From NCBI GenBank assembly GCA_964247055.1, contig OZ176052.1, forward strand, positions 9,238,001-9,302,000: a stretch of DNA of 64,000 nucleotides. The letters run 5' to 3'. This document shows, one piece after another, positions 63,818-64,000 of this stretch (position 1 is the first letter of the stretch; the number at the start of each line of letters is the position of its first letter). The notes beneath the pieces are model-generated. The model saw only the letters and a list, made by a program, of their open reading frames with translations. It did no database searches and was not told the origin of the DNA. The position numbers and the translations under genes were made by a program. The stretch comes from Paragordius varius (taxonomy: Eukaryota > Animalia > Nematomorpha).

Positions 63818-64000
63818 TGTTACGGTAAAAATTTTATTCTGTAATTCAAATTTGATTGTACCATTACATATTACATACTTCCAACTTTAAATTTAAAACT
63901 AAGCGCCTAATATAATATTAGCAATACTCTCTGAATTTTTGGCCATTCGGCACTTCTATAAAAAGTAATAGTCATAAGTCGAGAGTATTTATAATACATA

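Noticed and set aside
1-64000. CRISPR arrays, rRNA, tRNA genes and prokaryotic or phage systems
   Set aside because: None seen; the tandem repeats have no unique spacers and the gene structure is spliceosomal.

Overview
AT-rich eukaryotic genomic DNA (roughly a quarter GC by eye) from an invertebrate, probably a bilaterian since it carries a teashirt-type zinc finger. Standard genetic code and GT-AG introns. No rRNA, tRNA or CRISPR features were seen. 1-14.4 kb is a transposon nest: piggyBac-like and Helitron-like non-autonomous elements, plus a Mag-clade Ty3/gypsy LTR retrotransposon (B, minus strand, TSD CAACG) with a second copy of the same family (A, plus strand, TSD GTGTT) inserted in its integrase in opposite orientation. 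Both copies are defective and share one frameshift in pol. The rest holds six hand-assembled genes: an Asn/Thr-rich orphan, a C19orf47-like SAM protein, a catalytically dead trypsin-family protein (GDDGSP) with a foldback element in one intron, a teashirt-like gene, and an ARHGAP11-like RhoGAP head-to-head with RALGAPB (91 bp between start codons). The most striking signal is eight candidate 21-26 nt spliceosomal introns, two of them supported by homology spacing, coexisting with introns of hundreds to thousands of nt. Homolog comparisons are from recalled sequences and all counts are by eye; no database search was run.
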